Translations under genes and position numbers: made by a program
Notes under the pieces: model-generated
What the model saw: the letters and a program-made list of their open reading frames with translations, nothing else
The model's database searches: none
Told to the model about the DNA's origin: nothing
NCBI GenBank assembly: GCA_950097015.1
Contig: CATNEN010000007.1
Coordinates: 2,914,001-2,978,000 of the forward strand
Length of the DNA stretch: 64,000 nucleotides
Origin: Macrostomum hystrix
Lineage: Eukaryota > Animalia > Platyhelminthes
Direction: 5' to 3'
In this document: piece by piece, positions 36,932 to 49,900 of the stretch
How positions within the stretch are numbered: position 1 is the stretch's first letter
Layout of the letters: each line of letters starts with the position of its first letter

Positions 36932-37429
36932 TTGAGTTGCTTGCTCTTTTTGGAAATCGGGAAAACTTGAGTTCATGGCAATGGCCCTCCGTCTCGAACT
37001 CTCCCTAACTTGTTTGCAAATCGTTGGGCCCCTTCGCAATCCGAACTAGGCTAAACAGTTTTATCTTTTGCCCAGCACCCCCGGGCCCGAACCAACTGGC
37101 AAGCGGGAAGAGATGGTTACAGGGGATGGGAGGGGGAGAAATTGAGGGCGAGCTGTCATTAATCCTTCTCGGTCTGGCCGGATGCAAGCTGCTTGCACTT
37201 TACATCCGCATATAGCTAGGAAATTGCTAGCGCGCCATTCTAGCTGTCTGTCGGGCACACTTCCGAATTTCTTGTTACTTACCAATTGTTCCGTTTCTGC
37301 TAATTCCCAAGTTTACTTTTGTTTTGACGACAAGCTTCAGCTAAAACAGGTGAGATTCGCGACATTCGCTGTCACTATAGTGGGAGTCCGAACAGGGCAG
37401 CCCCGAACGGGAATTCTACCAAGTAGGAA

Positions 37430-37900
37430 ACCCCAAAATGGGAATGCTACTGAGGAAAACCGGAAATCGGAATCCCGATGAGGAAATCCCGAATTGGGAA
37501 TCCAACCGAGGAAACTCCTAAGTGGGAATCCCATTGAGGAAATCCCAAAAAGGAATCCTACTAAGGAAATCCCAAAGTGGGAATCCCTCTGAGGAAATCC
37601 CGATATGGAAATCCTATTTAAGAAATCCCGAACTAGGAATCCTAGTGAGGAAATCCCGTAATAGGAATTCTACCAAGGGTAAATTCCGAAATCAAAATCC
37701 TACTGAGGAAATATCGAAATGGGAATCCTAATTGAGAAACTCCAAGAAGGAATCCAGCTATGAAAATCCCATAATTTGGGCATTACTGTGTAAATCCTGG
37801 AATGGAACCCAAGTAGTGATATTGCTAAATCTGAATCCTCAATCCTATTCAATCCAATATTGAAAATTCCCCAAATCGATGTCCCCACTGAGGAAATCCC
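37430..37900. repeat. Degenerate aggaaatccc/gggaatcc repeat region
   Basis: Recurrent gaggaaatccc and tgggaatcc motifs between donor 37350 and acceptor 37945. Confidence 0.7.
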
Positions 37901-37993
37901 AATATAAAAATCCATCGCAGCAACAAGCATCCGCAAAGCTTTCAGGCGCAGTTTCCAGAGCCATCGCCGGCAGCAGCCGCATGGGGCAGCGGC

Positions 37994-40900
37994 ATGGGGA
38001 AGCGAATCCGGCGCATCGGCCGGTACCTGATGGGCGGCGTCTGCCTCGGGCGTGGCAGCTTCTCCCGGGTTGAGCTGGCGGTGCACGAGGTTGCGGAGTG
38101 CCAGGTCAGTCGCTAGATACCATTCCTACATTCCAAAATGGGAATCCTATTCTCAGATCCCCAAATGGGAATCCCAATCTCAGATCCCGAAACTGGAATC
38201 CCGATCTCAGATCCCAAACAGGAATCCCAATCTCAGATCCTCAAACTAGAATCCCATTCTCAGATCCTCAAACCAGAATCCCATTCTCAGATCCCCAAAC
38301 AGGAATCCCAATCTCAGATCCCGAAACTGGAATCCCGATCTCAGATCCCAAACAGGAATCCCAATCTCAGATCCTCAAACTAGAATCCCATTCTCAGATC
38401 CTCAAACTAGAATCCCAATCTCTGATCCCGAAACTGGAATCCCGATCTCACATCCCCCAAATGGGAATCCCAATCTCTGATCCTCAAACTAGTATCCCAT
38501 TCTCAGATCCCCAAACAGGAATCCCAATCCCAGATAGCCAAATTAAAAACTGAATTCTAAGAAAGTTTTTTACGTTTTCTTGTTTTCAACACTTCGTCGA
38601 CGTGTTAGCCAATTTTAATCCGCAAAGCAGCATTCGCTCCGTCCATCCCATTCCGTCTCCGGCCCCTCCCACAATGTCCCACGATTTGCTCTTCGGGGAA
38701 ATCAAAGAGACTGTTCATCAAGAGGCTACTGCCACAATTATCCCTGCCAGGGATCATTGCTGGCAGGGCTGGTCGATCTGAGGATCCCAGACAATCTTTG
38801 CTGACTGATAGCATTCGGGCTAATTTCCAGTTGAAATAACTGATAACTTTTTTCTGGGGTACAAAGCGATATCGATTCTGATTGCAAGCTGGCAAAATCA
38901 GGCATCAAACTTGCTGATCAAGAAAAGAAACAAATCTCAAGAACACGAAAAAATAATGCGAAAATTTCAAATCAAATTAAAATTTTCAGTCCAAAATCTG
39001 AAAAATCTAAACTGCAACCCACAGAAACAAAATTCCATAAGTTTAAATCGCATATCTAAAATCCTTAATATAAAATCTGAAATCCCAAATCTGAAATCCC
39101 AAATCTGAGATCCCAAATCTGAAATCCCAAATCTGAGATCCCAAATCTGAAATCCCAAATCTGAAATCCCAAATCTGAGATCCCAAATCTGAAATCCCAA
39201 ATCTGAAATCCCAAATCTGAGATCCCAAATCTGAGATCCCAAATCTGAAATCCCAAATCTGAGATCCCAAATCTGAAATCCCAAATCTGAAATCCCAAAT
39301 CTGAAATCCGAAATCTGAGGTCCCAAATCTGAAATCCCAAATCTGAAATCCCAAATCTGAGATCCCAAATCTGAGATCCCAAATCTGAAATCCCAAATCT
39401 GAGATCCCAAATCTGAAATCATAAATATAAACTCTGAAATCCGAAAATGTGAAATGCAAATCGCAGATAAATTCTTTATTAACGATTCCCAAATTCTTAG
39501 TAACAAAGCTAGCAAACAATTTTCCCTTTTCATTCAGGTGGCAATAAAAATCACCGACACCAGAAAATTAACCAGTCAGCTGTCCAGAGAGGCTGTCTAT
39601 CGCGAGGCCCGACTGCTCAGCCAGCTCAGACACCCCAGCATTGTCCGCTATTATCAGTCGCTTAAGGTTTGATTAGACTGGACTTTAATCCAAAAACAAT
39701 ATTCCCGATTGACAATCCGCTCTAAATGATAATCCCGTTACTAACTGAGAATCCCTTTCTCAATGATAGTCCCCCTCTGAATGGTAATCACCTCTCTGAC
39801 TGATAATTCATCTCTGACTGATAATTCATCTCTGACTGATAATCCCTCCGGGCTGATAATCCCTCTCTGTTTTATAATCCCTCTCTGACAGATAATCCAT
39901 CTCTGACTGACAATCCCTCTCTGATTGATAATCCCTCTCTGACTGACAATCCCTCTCTGATTGATAATCCCTCTCTGATTGACAATCCCTCTCTGAATGA
40001 TAATCCCTCTCTGACAGATAATCCCCTCTCTGACAGATAATCCCCTCTCTGACAGATAATCCCCTCTCTGACAGATAATCCCCTCTCTGACTGACAATCC
40101 CTCGTTGACTGATAATCCCTCGTTGACTGATAATCCATATCTAACTAATAATCCCTCTCTGATTGACAATCCCTCTCTGTTTGAAAATCCCTCTCTGATT
40201 GATAATCCCTCCAGGCTGATAATCCCTACAGGCTGATAATCCCTCTAGGCTGATAATCCCTCCAGGCTGATAATCCCTCTCTGACAGATAATCCATCTCT
40301 GACTGACAATCCCTCTCTGATTGATAATCCCTCTCTGATTGACAATCCCTCTCTGATTGATAATCCCTCTCTGATTGATAATCCCTCTCTGATTGACAAT
40401 CCCTCTCTGATTGATAATCCCTCTCTGATTGATAATCCCTCTCTGATTGACAATCCCTCTCTGTTTGAAAATCCCTCTCTGATTGATAATCCCTCCAGGC
40501 TGATAATCCCTACAGGCTGATAATCCCTCTAGGCTGATAATCCCTCCAGGCTGATAATCCCTCTCTGACAGATAATCCATCTCTGACTGACAATCCCTCT
40601 CTGATTGATAATCCCTCTCTGATTGACAATCCCTCTCTGATTGATAATCCCTCTCTGATTGATAATCCCTCTCTGATTGACAATCCCTCTCTGATTGATA
40701 ACCCCTCTCTGATTGATAATCCCTCTCTGATTGACAATCCCTCTCTGATTGACAATCCCTCTCTGACAGATAATCCATCTCTGACTGACAATCCCTCTCT
40801 GATTGATAATCCCTCTCTGATTGACAATCCCTCTCTGATTGATAATCCCTCTCTGATTGATAATCCCTCTCTGATTGACAATCCCTCTCTGATTGACAAT

Positions 40901-43900
40901 CCCTCTCTGATTTACAATCCCTCTCTGATTGATAATCCATCTCTGACTGATAATCCATCTCTGACTGACAATCCCTCGTTGACTGATAATCCCTATCCAA
41001 CTAATAATCCCTCTCTGATGGACAATCCCTCTCTGACTGATAATCCTTCCTGGCTGATAATCTGACTGACTGACGGCAAACAACCCAGGCTGATGGCCAG
41101 CACTTCATGGTCATGGAACTGGCTGCCGGGGGCACCCTGCAGGAGCACATGAAGGCCTCAGCCAGCAAGAAGTTGCCCGAGGCGACAGCCAGGATGTACT
41201 TTTACCAGTTGGCATCCGGTCTGAGCTACTTGCACAGTCTTGGCCTGGTGCACAGGGATGTCAAGCCAGACAATATTCTGCTGGATAAGGACAAGAAAAA
41301 TGTGAAACTGTGCGGTCAGTCGAACAAGACTTCAACTGTCTACCCAATCACTCCAACTGTCTACCCAATCACTCCAACTGTCTACCCAATCACTCCAACT
41401 GTCGACCCAATCACTCCAGCTGTCTACCCAATCACTCCAACTGTCTACCCAATCACTCCAACTGTCTACCCAATCACTCCAGCTGTCTACCCAATCACTC
41501 CAACTGTCTACCCAATCACTCCAACTGTCTACCCAATCACTCCAACTGTCTACCCAATCACTCTAACTGTCGACCCAATCACTCCAACTGTCGACCCAAT
41601 CACTCCAGCTGTCTACCCAATCACTCCAACTGTCTATCCAATCACTCCAACTGTCTACCCAATCACTCCAGCTGTCTACCCAATCACTCCAACTGTCTAC
41701 CCAATCACTCCAACTGTCTACCCAATCACTCCAACTGTCTACCCAATCACTCCCACTGTCTGTCGAGTCTCTCAAGCTGACTAGCTCCTACTGGCCACTC
41801 ATAAATTTTCGTTTCTCTGTCAACAGACTTCGGGCTGAGCGATCTGCTGCAGGGTGAGCAGCAGCTGGTCTGTAAATGCGGCAGTCCGGAGTTCGCGCCC
41901 CCCGAGTTGCTATTGGCTAGCGGGAGTGTTCGCTACGGCACCGAGGTGGACTCTTGGAGCCTGTGAGTTCCGACTGAGCCCACTCAGGACAAGCTTACCT
42001 CTGATTGCTTGGACAGTCCATGGACTGGGGCGAGGGGCGCCAAACCCAACCTCAATCGACCCAGCAAATGCTGGCACTCATTTAGCTGCTGGGTGAACTA
42101 AATCAATGTAGTGCTCAGTGTCTTGCTACAGGACACAAATTGTTTCAGTGAAGATGAGAATCGAACCCACGACCTTGAATTTGTGAATCCATTGCTTAAA
42201 ACTATAAACCCCACGACCCCTAACCCCTAGCCCTACAACCCCGAACCCTTCAACCCCGAACCCTTCAACCCCGAACCCTTCAACCCCGAACCCTTCAACC
42301 CCAAACCCTTCAACCCCGAACCCTTCAACCCCAAACACTTCAACCCCGAACCCTTCAACCCCGAACCCTTCAACCCCGAACCCTTCAACCCAAACACTTC
42401 AACCCCGAACCCTTCAACCCCGAACCCTTCAACCCCGAACCCTTCAACCCCAAACACTTCAACCCCGAACCCTTCAACCCAAACCATTGAAACCCGAACC
42501 CTTCAACCCCAAACACTTCAACCCCGAACCCTTCAACCCCGAACCCTTCAACCCCGAACCCTTCAACCCCGAACCCTTCAACCCCAAACACTTCAACCCC
42601 GAACCCTTCAACCCCGAACCCTTCAACCCCGAACCCTTCAACCCCAAACACTTCAACCCCGAACCCTTCAACCCCGAACCCTTCAACCCCGAACCCTTCA
42701 ACCCCAAACACTTCAACCCCGAACCCTTCAACCCAAACCCTTGAAACCCGAACCCTTCAACCCCAAACACTTCAACCCCGAACCCTTCAACCCCGAACCC
42801 TTGAACCCCGAACCCTTCAACCCCGAACCCTTCAACCCCGAACCCTTCAACCCCGAACCCTTACCCCGAACCCTTCAACCCCGAACCCTTCAACCCCGAA
42901 CCCTTCAACCCCGAACCCTTCAACCCCGAACCCTTCAACCCCGAACCCTTCAACCCCGAACCCTTAAACATGGCCAGTCGCCAGTAAAAGCTTAAAATCC
43001 TATATTTACCAGATGAAAGACACGGTGGTATTTCATATACCGACATTTTTCTTTTTATTTTTCTTCTAAAATATTCAAACAATGGCCATAAAATTCCAAA
43101 AGACGGAGACATTTTTTTGCTCTATCCAATAAAACAACTTCCAGAATCACAAAACATTGGCATCGTCGTGATATTCAACGATTCTCGTCGGGGGTGTCTG
43201 GTGAAAGAAACCACCAATATAGGCATGACTTTTCTGGTCACGAAATTTCATCAAGTACTCGTAACGATATTATTATCGTACATATTATTAATATTATTTT
43301 TATTGAAACAATATGGATTCGCCAAGGAGGTTTATGCAGAGTAATGCTAGTAGTCCTTGTCACCAGGGGTCTTCGACAAGAATCGCTGAAATCTCGACGA
43401 TGCTGGACGGTCGGCGGCTTTGAAAGTTGGTTCATAGTAAAGGGCAAAAACTTTGATCCGCATGGTTGATTTTCACGAAAATCGGTCATTCGGTTTGGGA
43501 GCTGTCGTGAAGTAGGCAGTGGGTATTTGAAAGTCTTCAACCCGAATCATCCAGCGGCGTCGTCCTGTTCGTCATGACAGTCGGCCGGCTGCCGTTCGAC
43601 TCGCCTTATCACGATCAGCAGCGATTGAAGCGACTCGCGGACATCGCCAGTCGAGGTCTTCAGCAGCCGAGATGCCAGGATGCGATGGCTCACCTCGCGG
43701 CTGGTGCGAGTGAAATCAAAACTAACTCTTTTCGATTGCGGAATTCCCTATTCTCGGTTCTTGTAATTTGTATTTATAGATTTCTAGATTTTCCGTTTCA
43801 GAATACCCTCGTATTTATGAAGATAGATTTTCGGATTCTAGGTTGGGATTTGGGTATTCTGTACTTGGGATTCGGTGATTCCAGATTTCCTTCAACCCCG

Positions 43901-46900
43901 AACCCTTCAACCCCTAACCCTTCAACCTCTAACCCTACAACCCCGAACCCTTTAACCACTAGCTCTACAACCGCGAACCCTTCAACCCGAACCCTTCAAC
44001 CCCGAACCCTTCAACCCCGAACCCCTGAACCCTGAACCCCTGAAACCCGAACCCTTCAACCCCTAACCCTTCAACCCCGAACCCTAAAGCCCTAGGGTAT
44101 CTGCCAGCTATAATTGCAGTGAATTCCGGAAAATTGAAAAAGTGTTTTAGAGATCCAAAACTATTTTAATTCATTTGGGGTTCCGAATTCGGATCTCAAT
44201 TTCTAGTAATCTAGAGTTTTGTGAATCTAGTTTTCAGATTTTAGTCATTGAAGATTCAAGGATTCAATATTCAACATTATTGAAGATTTATAGATTTAAA
44301 TATAGATTTGAGGATTTAGGGATTTTGTATATGGGTTTAGGAAATCTAGATTTCGGGTTTGGAGATTCTGAGTTCTACAACTAAAGCTGGAATCGCAGCT
44401 ATAACTATAGCTAGAATCGCAGCTATAACTATAGCTAGAATCGCAGCTATAACTATAGCTAGAATCGCAGCTATAACTATAGCTAGAATCGCAGCTATAA
44501 CTATAGCTAGAATCGCAGCTATAACTATAGCTAGAATCGCAGCTATAACTATAGCTAGAATCGCAGCTATAACTATAGCTAGAATCGCAGCTATAACTAT
44601 AGCTAGAATCGCAGATACAACTAACTATAGCTAGAATCGCAGCTAGAACAGAATCGCAGCTACAGCAATAGCTAGAATCGCAGCTAGAACAGAATCGCAG
44701 CTAGAAAAGAATCGCAGCTAGAACAGAATCGCAGCTAGAACAGAACCGCAGCTAGAACAGAATCGCAGCTAGAACAGAACCGCGTCTAGAACAGAATCGC
44801 AGCTAGAAAAGAATCGCAGCTAGAAAAGAATCGCAGCTAGAAAAGAATCGCAGCTAGAAAAGAATCGCAGCTAGAAAAGAATCGCAGCTAGAAAAGAATC
44901 GCAGCTAGAAAAGAATCGCAGCTAGAAAAGAATCGCAGCTAGAAAAGAATCGCAGCTAGAACAGAATCGCAGCTACAGCTATAGCTAGATTTTGTCATTT
45001 CAGATTAAGAATTAAAAAAAATTATGGGATTTGAATTGAAAGTTTTGGAAATCCATTTACCAAATATTAGAAATTAATTTTTTTTTCGAATTTCCGGTTT
45101 TGGGACTTTTAACATTTAGGATTCGGGATTTCAAATTTAGTGATTCTAGATTAAGGGCTAGGGAAAATTTTTTATTAACATTTTGTATTCCAGACAGGAA
45201 TTAATGGCGATTAATCCGCCTCTGAGCAGGTTGTCGCCGGCTGCTGCACGGCCTGCTGGAGGTGGAGCCGGACAAGCGGCTTCGGGTGTGCGAAGTTGAC
45301 CAGCCCCCGTCCAGGCGGCATCGATGGATACCGCCGTTGCTTAGGGCAACGGAATCAATATCGGCTGCGGGTTCAGCTGTACCTGAGGCTGTGGAAGCAC
45401 CTGCGGCAGCTACAGACAAGGTGTTTTAACGAAGCTCTAACTTATTTTATAAGTAAAAGAAACGCAACTATTATAGGAGCTAGAATCGCAGCTAGAATCG
45501 CAGCTAGAACAGAATCGCAGCTAGAATCGCAGCTAGAACAGAATCGCAGCTAGAATCGCAGCTAGAACAGAATCACAGCTAGAATCGCAGCCAGAACAGA
45601 ATCGCAGCTAGAATCGCAGCTAGAACAGAATCGCAGCTAGAATCGCAGCTAGAACAGAATCGCAGCTAGAATCGCAGCTAGAACAGAATCGCAGCTAGAA
45701 TCGCAGCTAGAACAGAATCGCAGCTAGAATCGCAGCTAGATCAGAATCGCAGCTAGAATCGCAGCTAGAACAGAATCGCAGCTAGAATCGCAGCTAGAAC
45801 AGAATCGCAGCTAGAATCGCAGCTAGAGCAGAATCGCAGCTAGAATCGCAGCTAGAACAGAATCACAGCTAGAATCGCAGCTAGAACAGAATCACAGCTA
45901 GAATCGCAGCTAGAACAGAATCGCAGCTAGAATCGCAGCTAGAACAGAATCGCAGCTAGAATCGCAGCTAGAACAGAATCGCAGCTAGAATCGCAGCTAG
46001 AATCGCAGCTTGAACAGAATCGCAGCTAGAATCGCAGCTAGAACAGAATCGCAGCTAGAATCGCAGCTAGAACAGAATCGCAGCTACATCTATACCTAGT
46101 GTAACACGCGGTGTTTGGCGGTGTGAAACCAGATTCTACGAAGGCCCCGTGAGGCCGTGCTTGTTGTATTTATGTCAGTTGCGATTACGTAATCAGCGAT
46201 GTACAGTAAATGAACGATGTTAAACGAACAAACAGTAAATACGATAGAATGATTCAGCAAATTATCATCACCGTCAGCGGTGCCACCTTGGTTGAGCTGT
46301 GGACCCTGGAGTTGTAGGACAGGACCACTAGCGGCAGCTGCTCCTCCCAGCTGGACTCGGTCTCGGCGAACAGCCTCAGCAGCTGCAGCAGCGACTTGTT
46401 GCCGCGCTCCACTAGTCCGTTTCCCTGCGGATGATACGGCGTGGTGCGCGTTTTCCTGATGCCCAGCGCTTGCAGCGTCTCCTGGAACAGCTCGCTCTCG
46501 AAGTTCGCGCCTTGGTCCGAGTGGATGACGGACGGGACTCCATCGGCATCTCACCGAGTGGGGCTGCGGGCCGGTGCTGCGCCTTTTTCAGCTGGCAGGT
46601 CTGGCACTCCTGACAGAAACTCACCGCGTCGCTCTGCAGCCCAGGCCATTACGCGGTCTGCTTCTGGGTGTCGGCCATTTTCTCCGGTCCGAAATGGCCG
46701 CCGATGCCCTCGTGGAAGTCAGTCAGGAACTGGCGCTGCAGCAACTCCGGGATCACAGGGACCTCTGTCGGCCCCGCAGCATCATTGAAAACCCGGCAGA
46801 GAAGACCGTCTTGAATTCGTAACTTCCGCCAGATACGGCTGAGGTGTCGCAGTCTGCTGTCGGACCATCTTGGCCGAGTCCCGCTGTCGTTCTGCAGGGC

Positions 46901-49900
46901 ATCGATGACCAGCTGGAGCTTCGGATCAGCCCTCTGCGCCTGTCGCAACTCCCGGTTGGACACCTGCGGCTGCTGCTCCGTTGCCGACGACGCTCCGATC
47001 GTTTCGCAGTGGCCCTCGTGCATCCTCGACAGGCCATCCGCCTCCACCTTGTCGACGCCCTTGGTGTACTTGATGGTAAAGGCGAATTACTGCAGCAGCA
47101 ACCGCCAGCGCCCAAGCCGGCCGTGGCTGTCGACCCGCTGGGAATTCAGAAACGTGAGCGGGCAGTGGTCGGTGAAGACCGTGAAATGCGGACCGAGCAG
47201 GTAGTGGCGGTAAGTCTTCAGCGCGTGCAGGATCGCCAGGCACTCCCTCTCGACGGTTGAATAGCCCTTCTCCGGAGCCGTGAGTGCTCTGCTGCAGTAC
47301 TCTATCACCTGGTCGCCTTGCTTGAGCACGATTCCGACTCCGTTGCTTTTGCTGGCATCCGTGTAGAGCTGAAACTCCTTGGAAAAATCCGGGTGGCCGA
47401 TGATCGGCGGCTGCTGAAGAGTTGAGCCGTCGAAATGCCGTGCCGCACTCGTCAGTCCACGAGGGCAGAATCGCAGCTACAACTATACCTAGTATCGCAG
47501 CTAGAACAGAATCGCAGCTACAACTATACCTAGTATCGCAGCTAGAACAGAATCGCAGCTACAACTATACCTAGTATCGCAGCTATAACAGAATTGCAGC
47601 TACAACTATAGCTAGTATCGCAGCTAGAACAGAATCGCAGATAACAACTATAGCTAGAACAGAATCGCAGCTACAACTATAGCTAGAACAGAATCGCAGC
47701 TACAACTATAGCTAGAACAGAATCGCAGCTACAACTATAGCTAGTATCGTAGCTAGAACAGAATCGCAGCTACAACTATACCTAGTATCGCAGCTAGAAC
47801 AGAATCGCAGCTACAACTATAGCTTGAATCGCAGCTAGAACAGAATCGCAGAATCGCAGAATTATTCATAGTTACTGCTATACATGCCGGTCATTTGTAG
47901 AGACTTTGCAATGGGATTAATGTTGCGACCCAGATTATCCTATCTTTCTCGCTGCTTAGTATTGTTCTACGCTGCGAAATTCGGCCAAGAATCGCACCAG
48001 GAAACATAACAAGAATCGCACCAGGAAACATAACAAGAATCGCCTCAGGAAACATAACAAGAATCGCACCAGGAAACATAACAAGAATCGCTCCAGGAAA
48101 CATAACAAGAATCGCACCAGGAAACATAACAAGAATCGCCTCAGGAAACATAACAAGAATCGCACCAGGAAACATAACAAGAATCTCACCAGGAAACATA
48201 TCAAGAATCGCACCAGGAATCATACCAAGAATCGCATCAGGAAACATAACAAGAATCGCACCAGGAAACATAACAAGAATCGCACCAGGAAACATAACAA
48301 GAATCGCACCAGGAAACATAACAAGAATCGCACCAGGAAACATAACAAGAATCGCACCAGGAAACATAACAAGAATCGCACCAGGAAACATAACAAGAAT
48401 CGCACCAGGAAACATAACAAGAATCGCACCAGGAAACATAACAAGAATCGCACCAGGAAACATAACAAGAATCGCACCAGGAAACATAACAAGAATCGCA
48501 CCAGGAAACATATCAAGAATCGCACCAGGAAACATAACAAGAATCGCACCAGGAATCATACCAAGAATCGCATCAGGAAACATACCAAGAATCGCACCAG
48601 GAAACATAACAAGAAACGCACCAGGAATCATAACAAGAATCTCACCAGGAAACATATCAAGAATCGCACCAGGAAACATATCAAGAATCGCACCAGGAAA
48701 CATATCAAGAATCGCACCAGGAAACATATCAAGAATCGCATCAGGAAACATAGCAAGAAACGCACCAGGAATCATAACAAGAATCTCACCAGGAAACATA
48801 TCAAGAATCGCACCAGGAAACATAACAAGAATCGCACCAGGAAACATAACAAGAATCTCACCAGGAAACATAACAAGAATCGCACAAGGAAACATAACAA
48901 GAATCGCACCAGGAAACATATCAAGAATCGCACCAGGAATCATACCAAGAATCGCATCAGGAAACATAACAAGAATCGCACCAGGAAACATAACAAGAAT
49001 CGCACCAGGAAACATAACAAGAATCGCACCAGGAAACATAACAAGAATCGCACCAGGAAACATAACAAGAATCGCACCAGGAAACATAACAAGAATCGCA
49101 CCAGGAAACATAACAAGAATCGCACCAGGAAACATAACAAGAATCGCACCAGGAAACATAACAAGAATCGCACCAGGAAACATAACAAGAATCGCACCAG
49201 GAAACATAACAAGAATCGCACCAGGAAACATAACAAGAATCGCCTCAGGAAACATAACAAGAATCGCACCAGGAAACATAACAAGAATCGCACCAGGAAA
49301 CATAACAAGAATCGCACCAGGAAACATAACAAGAATCGCACCAGGAAACATAACAAGAATCGTGAATCGTAGCATGAACAGAGAAAATAAATATTTTTGT
49401 GAATAATTATTCCTACTTAACGGAAACAAAAAGCTATTGTGATTCAGACAACACCGTTCTGTCTTGCAGATAAGTTTGCTTCAGCTTGCACGTCAACTAC
49501 AAAAGCAGGTAAAATTTGCTCGTATGGCCTCATATTTTTGTTCACTGATTCTTCAGGGCCTTTCTGATCGTTCAGGGATCCCTTCAGGATGCTCTGATTC
49601 TTCAGGGCCTTTCTGATCATTCAGGGATGCGCTGATCATTCAGGGATCCCTTCAGGGATGCTCTGATCATTCAGGGATCCCTTCAGGGATGCTCTGATCA
49701 TTCAGGGATGCGCTGATCATTCAGGGATCCCTTCAGGGATGCTCTGATCATTCAGGGATCCCTTCAGGGATGCTCTGATCCTTCATGGAGGCTCTGTTCC
49801 TTCAGGGATGCTCTGAAACTGATTCACAGCTGAACCTTAATCCCTACCCGTCCTATTCTTCAGGCGACATCGGAGCTGTCTCGGAAGCTCCACCTGCCTG

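Noticed and set aside
36487-37994. Lectin-kinase fusion (receptor kinase)
   Set aside because: No transmembrane segment, incompatible splice phases, and a plausible lectin terminal exon at 36900-36931.
47891-49429. 512-aa MFPGAILV hydrophobic repeat ORF and similar ORFs at 39741-41083, 42126-43112, 56175-56880, 57526-58386
   Set aside because: All coincide exactly with minisatellites, and several overlapping frames are open simultaneously.
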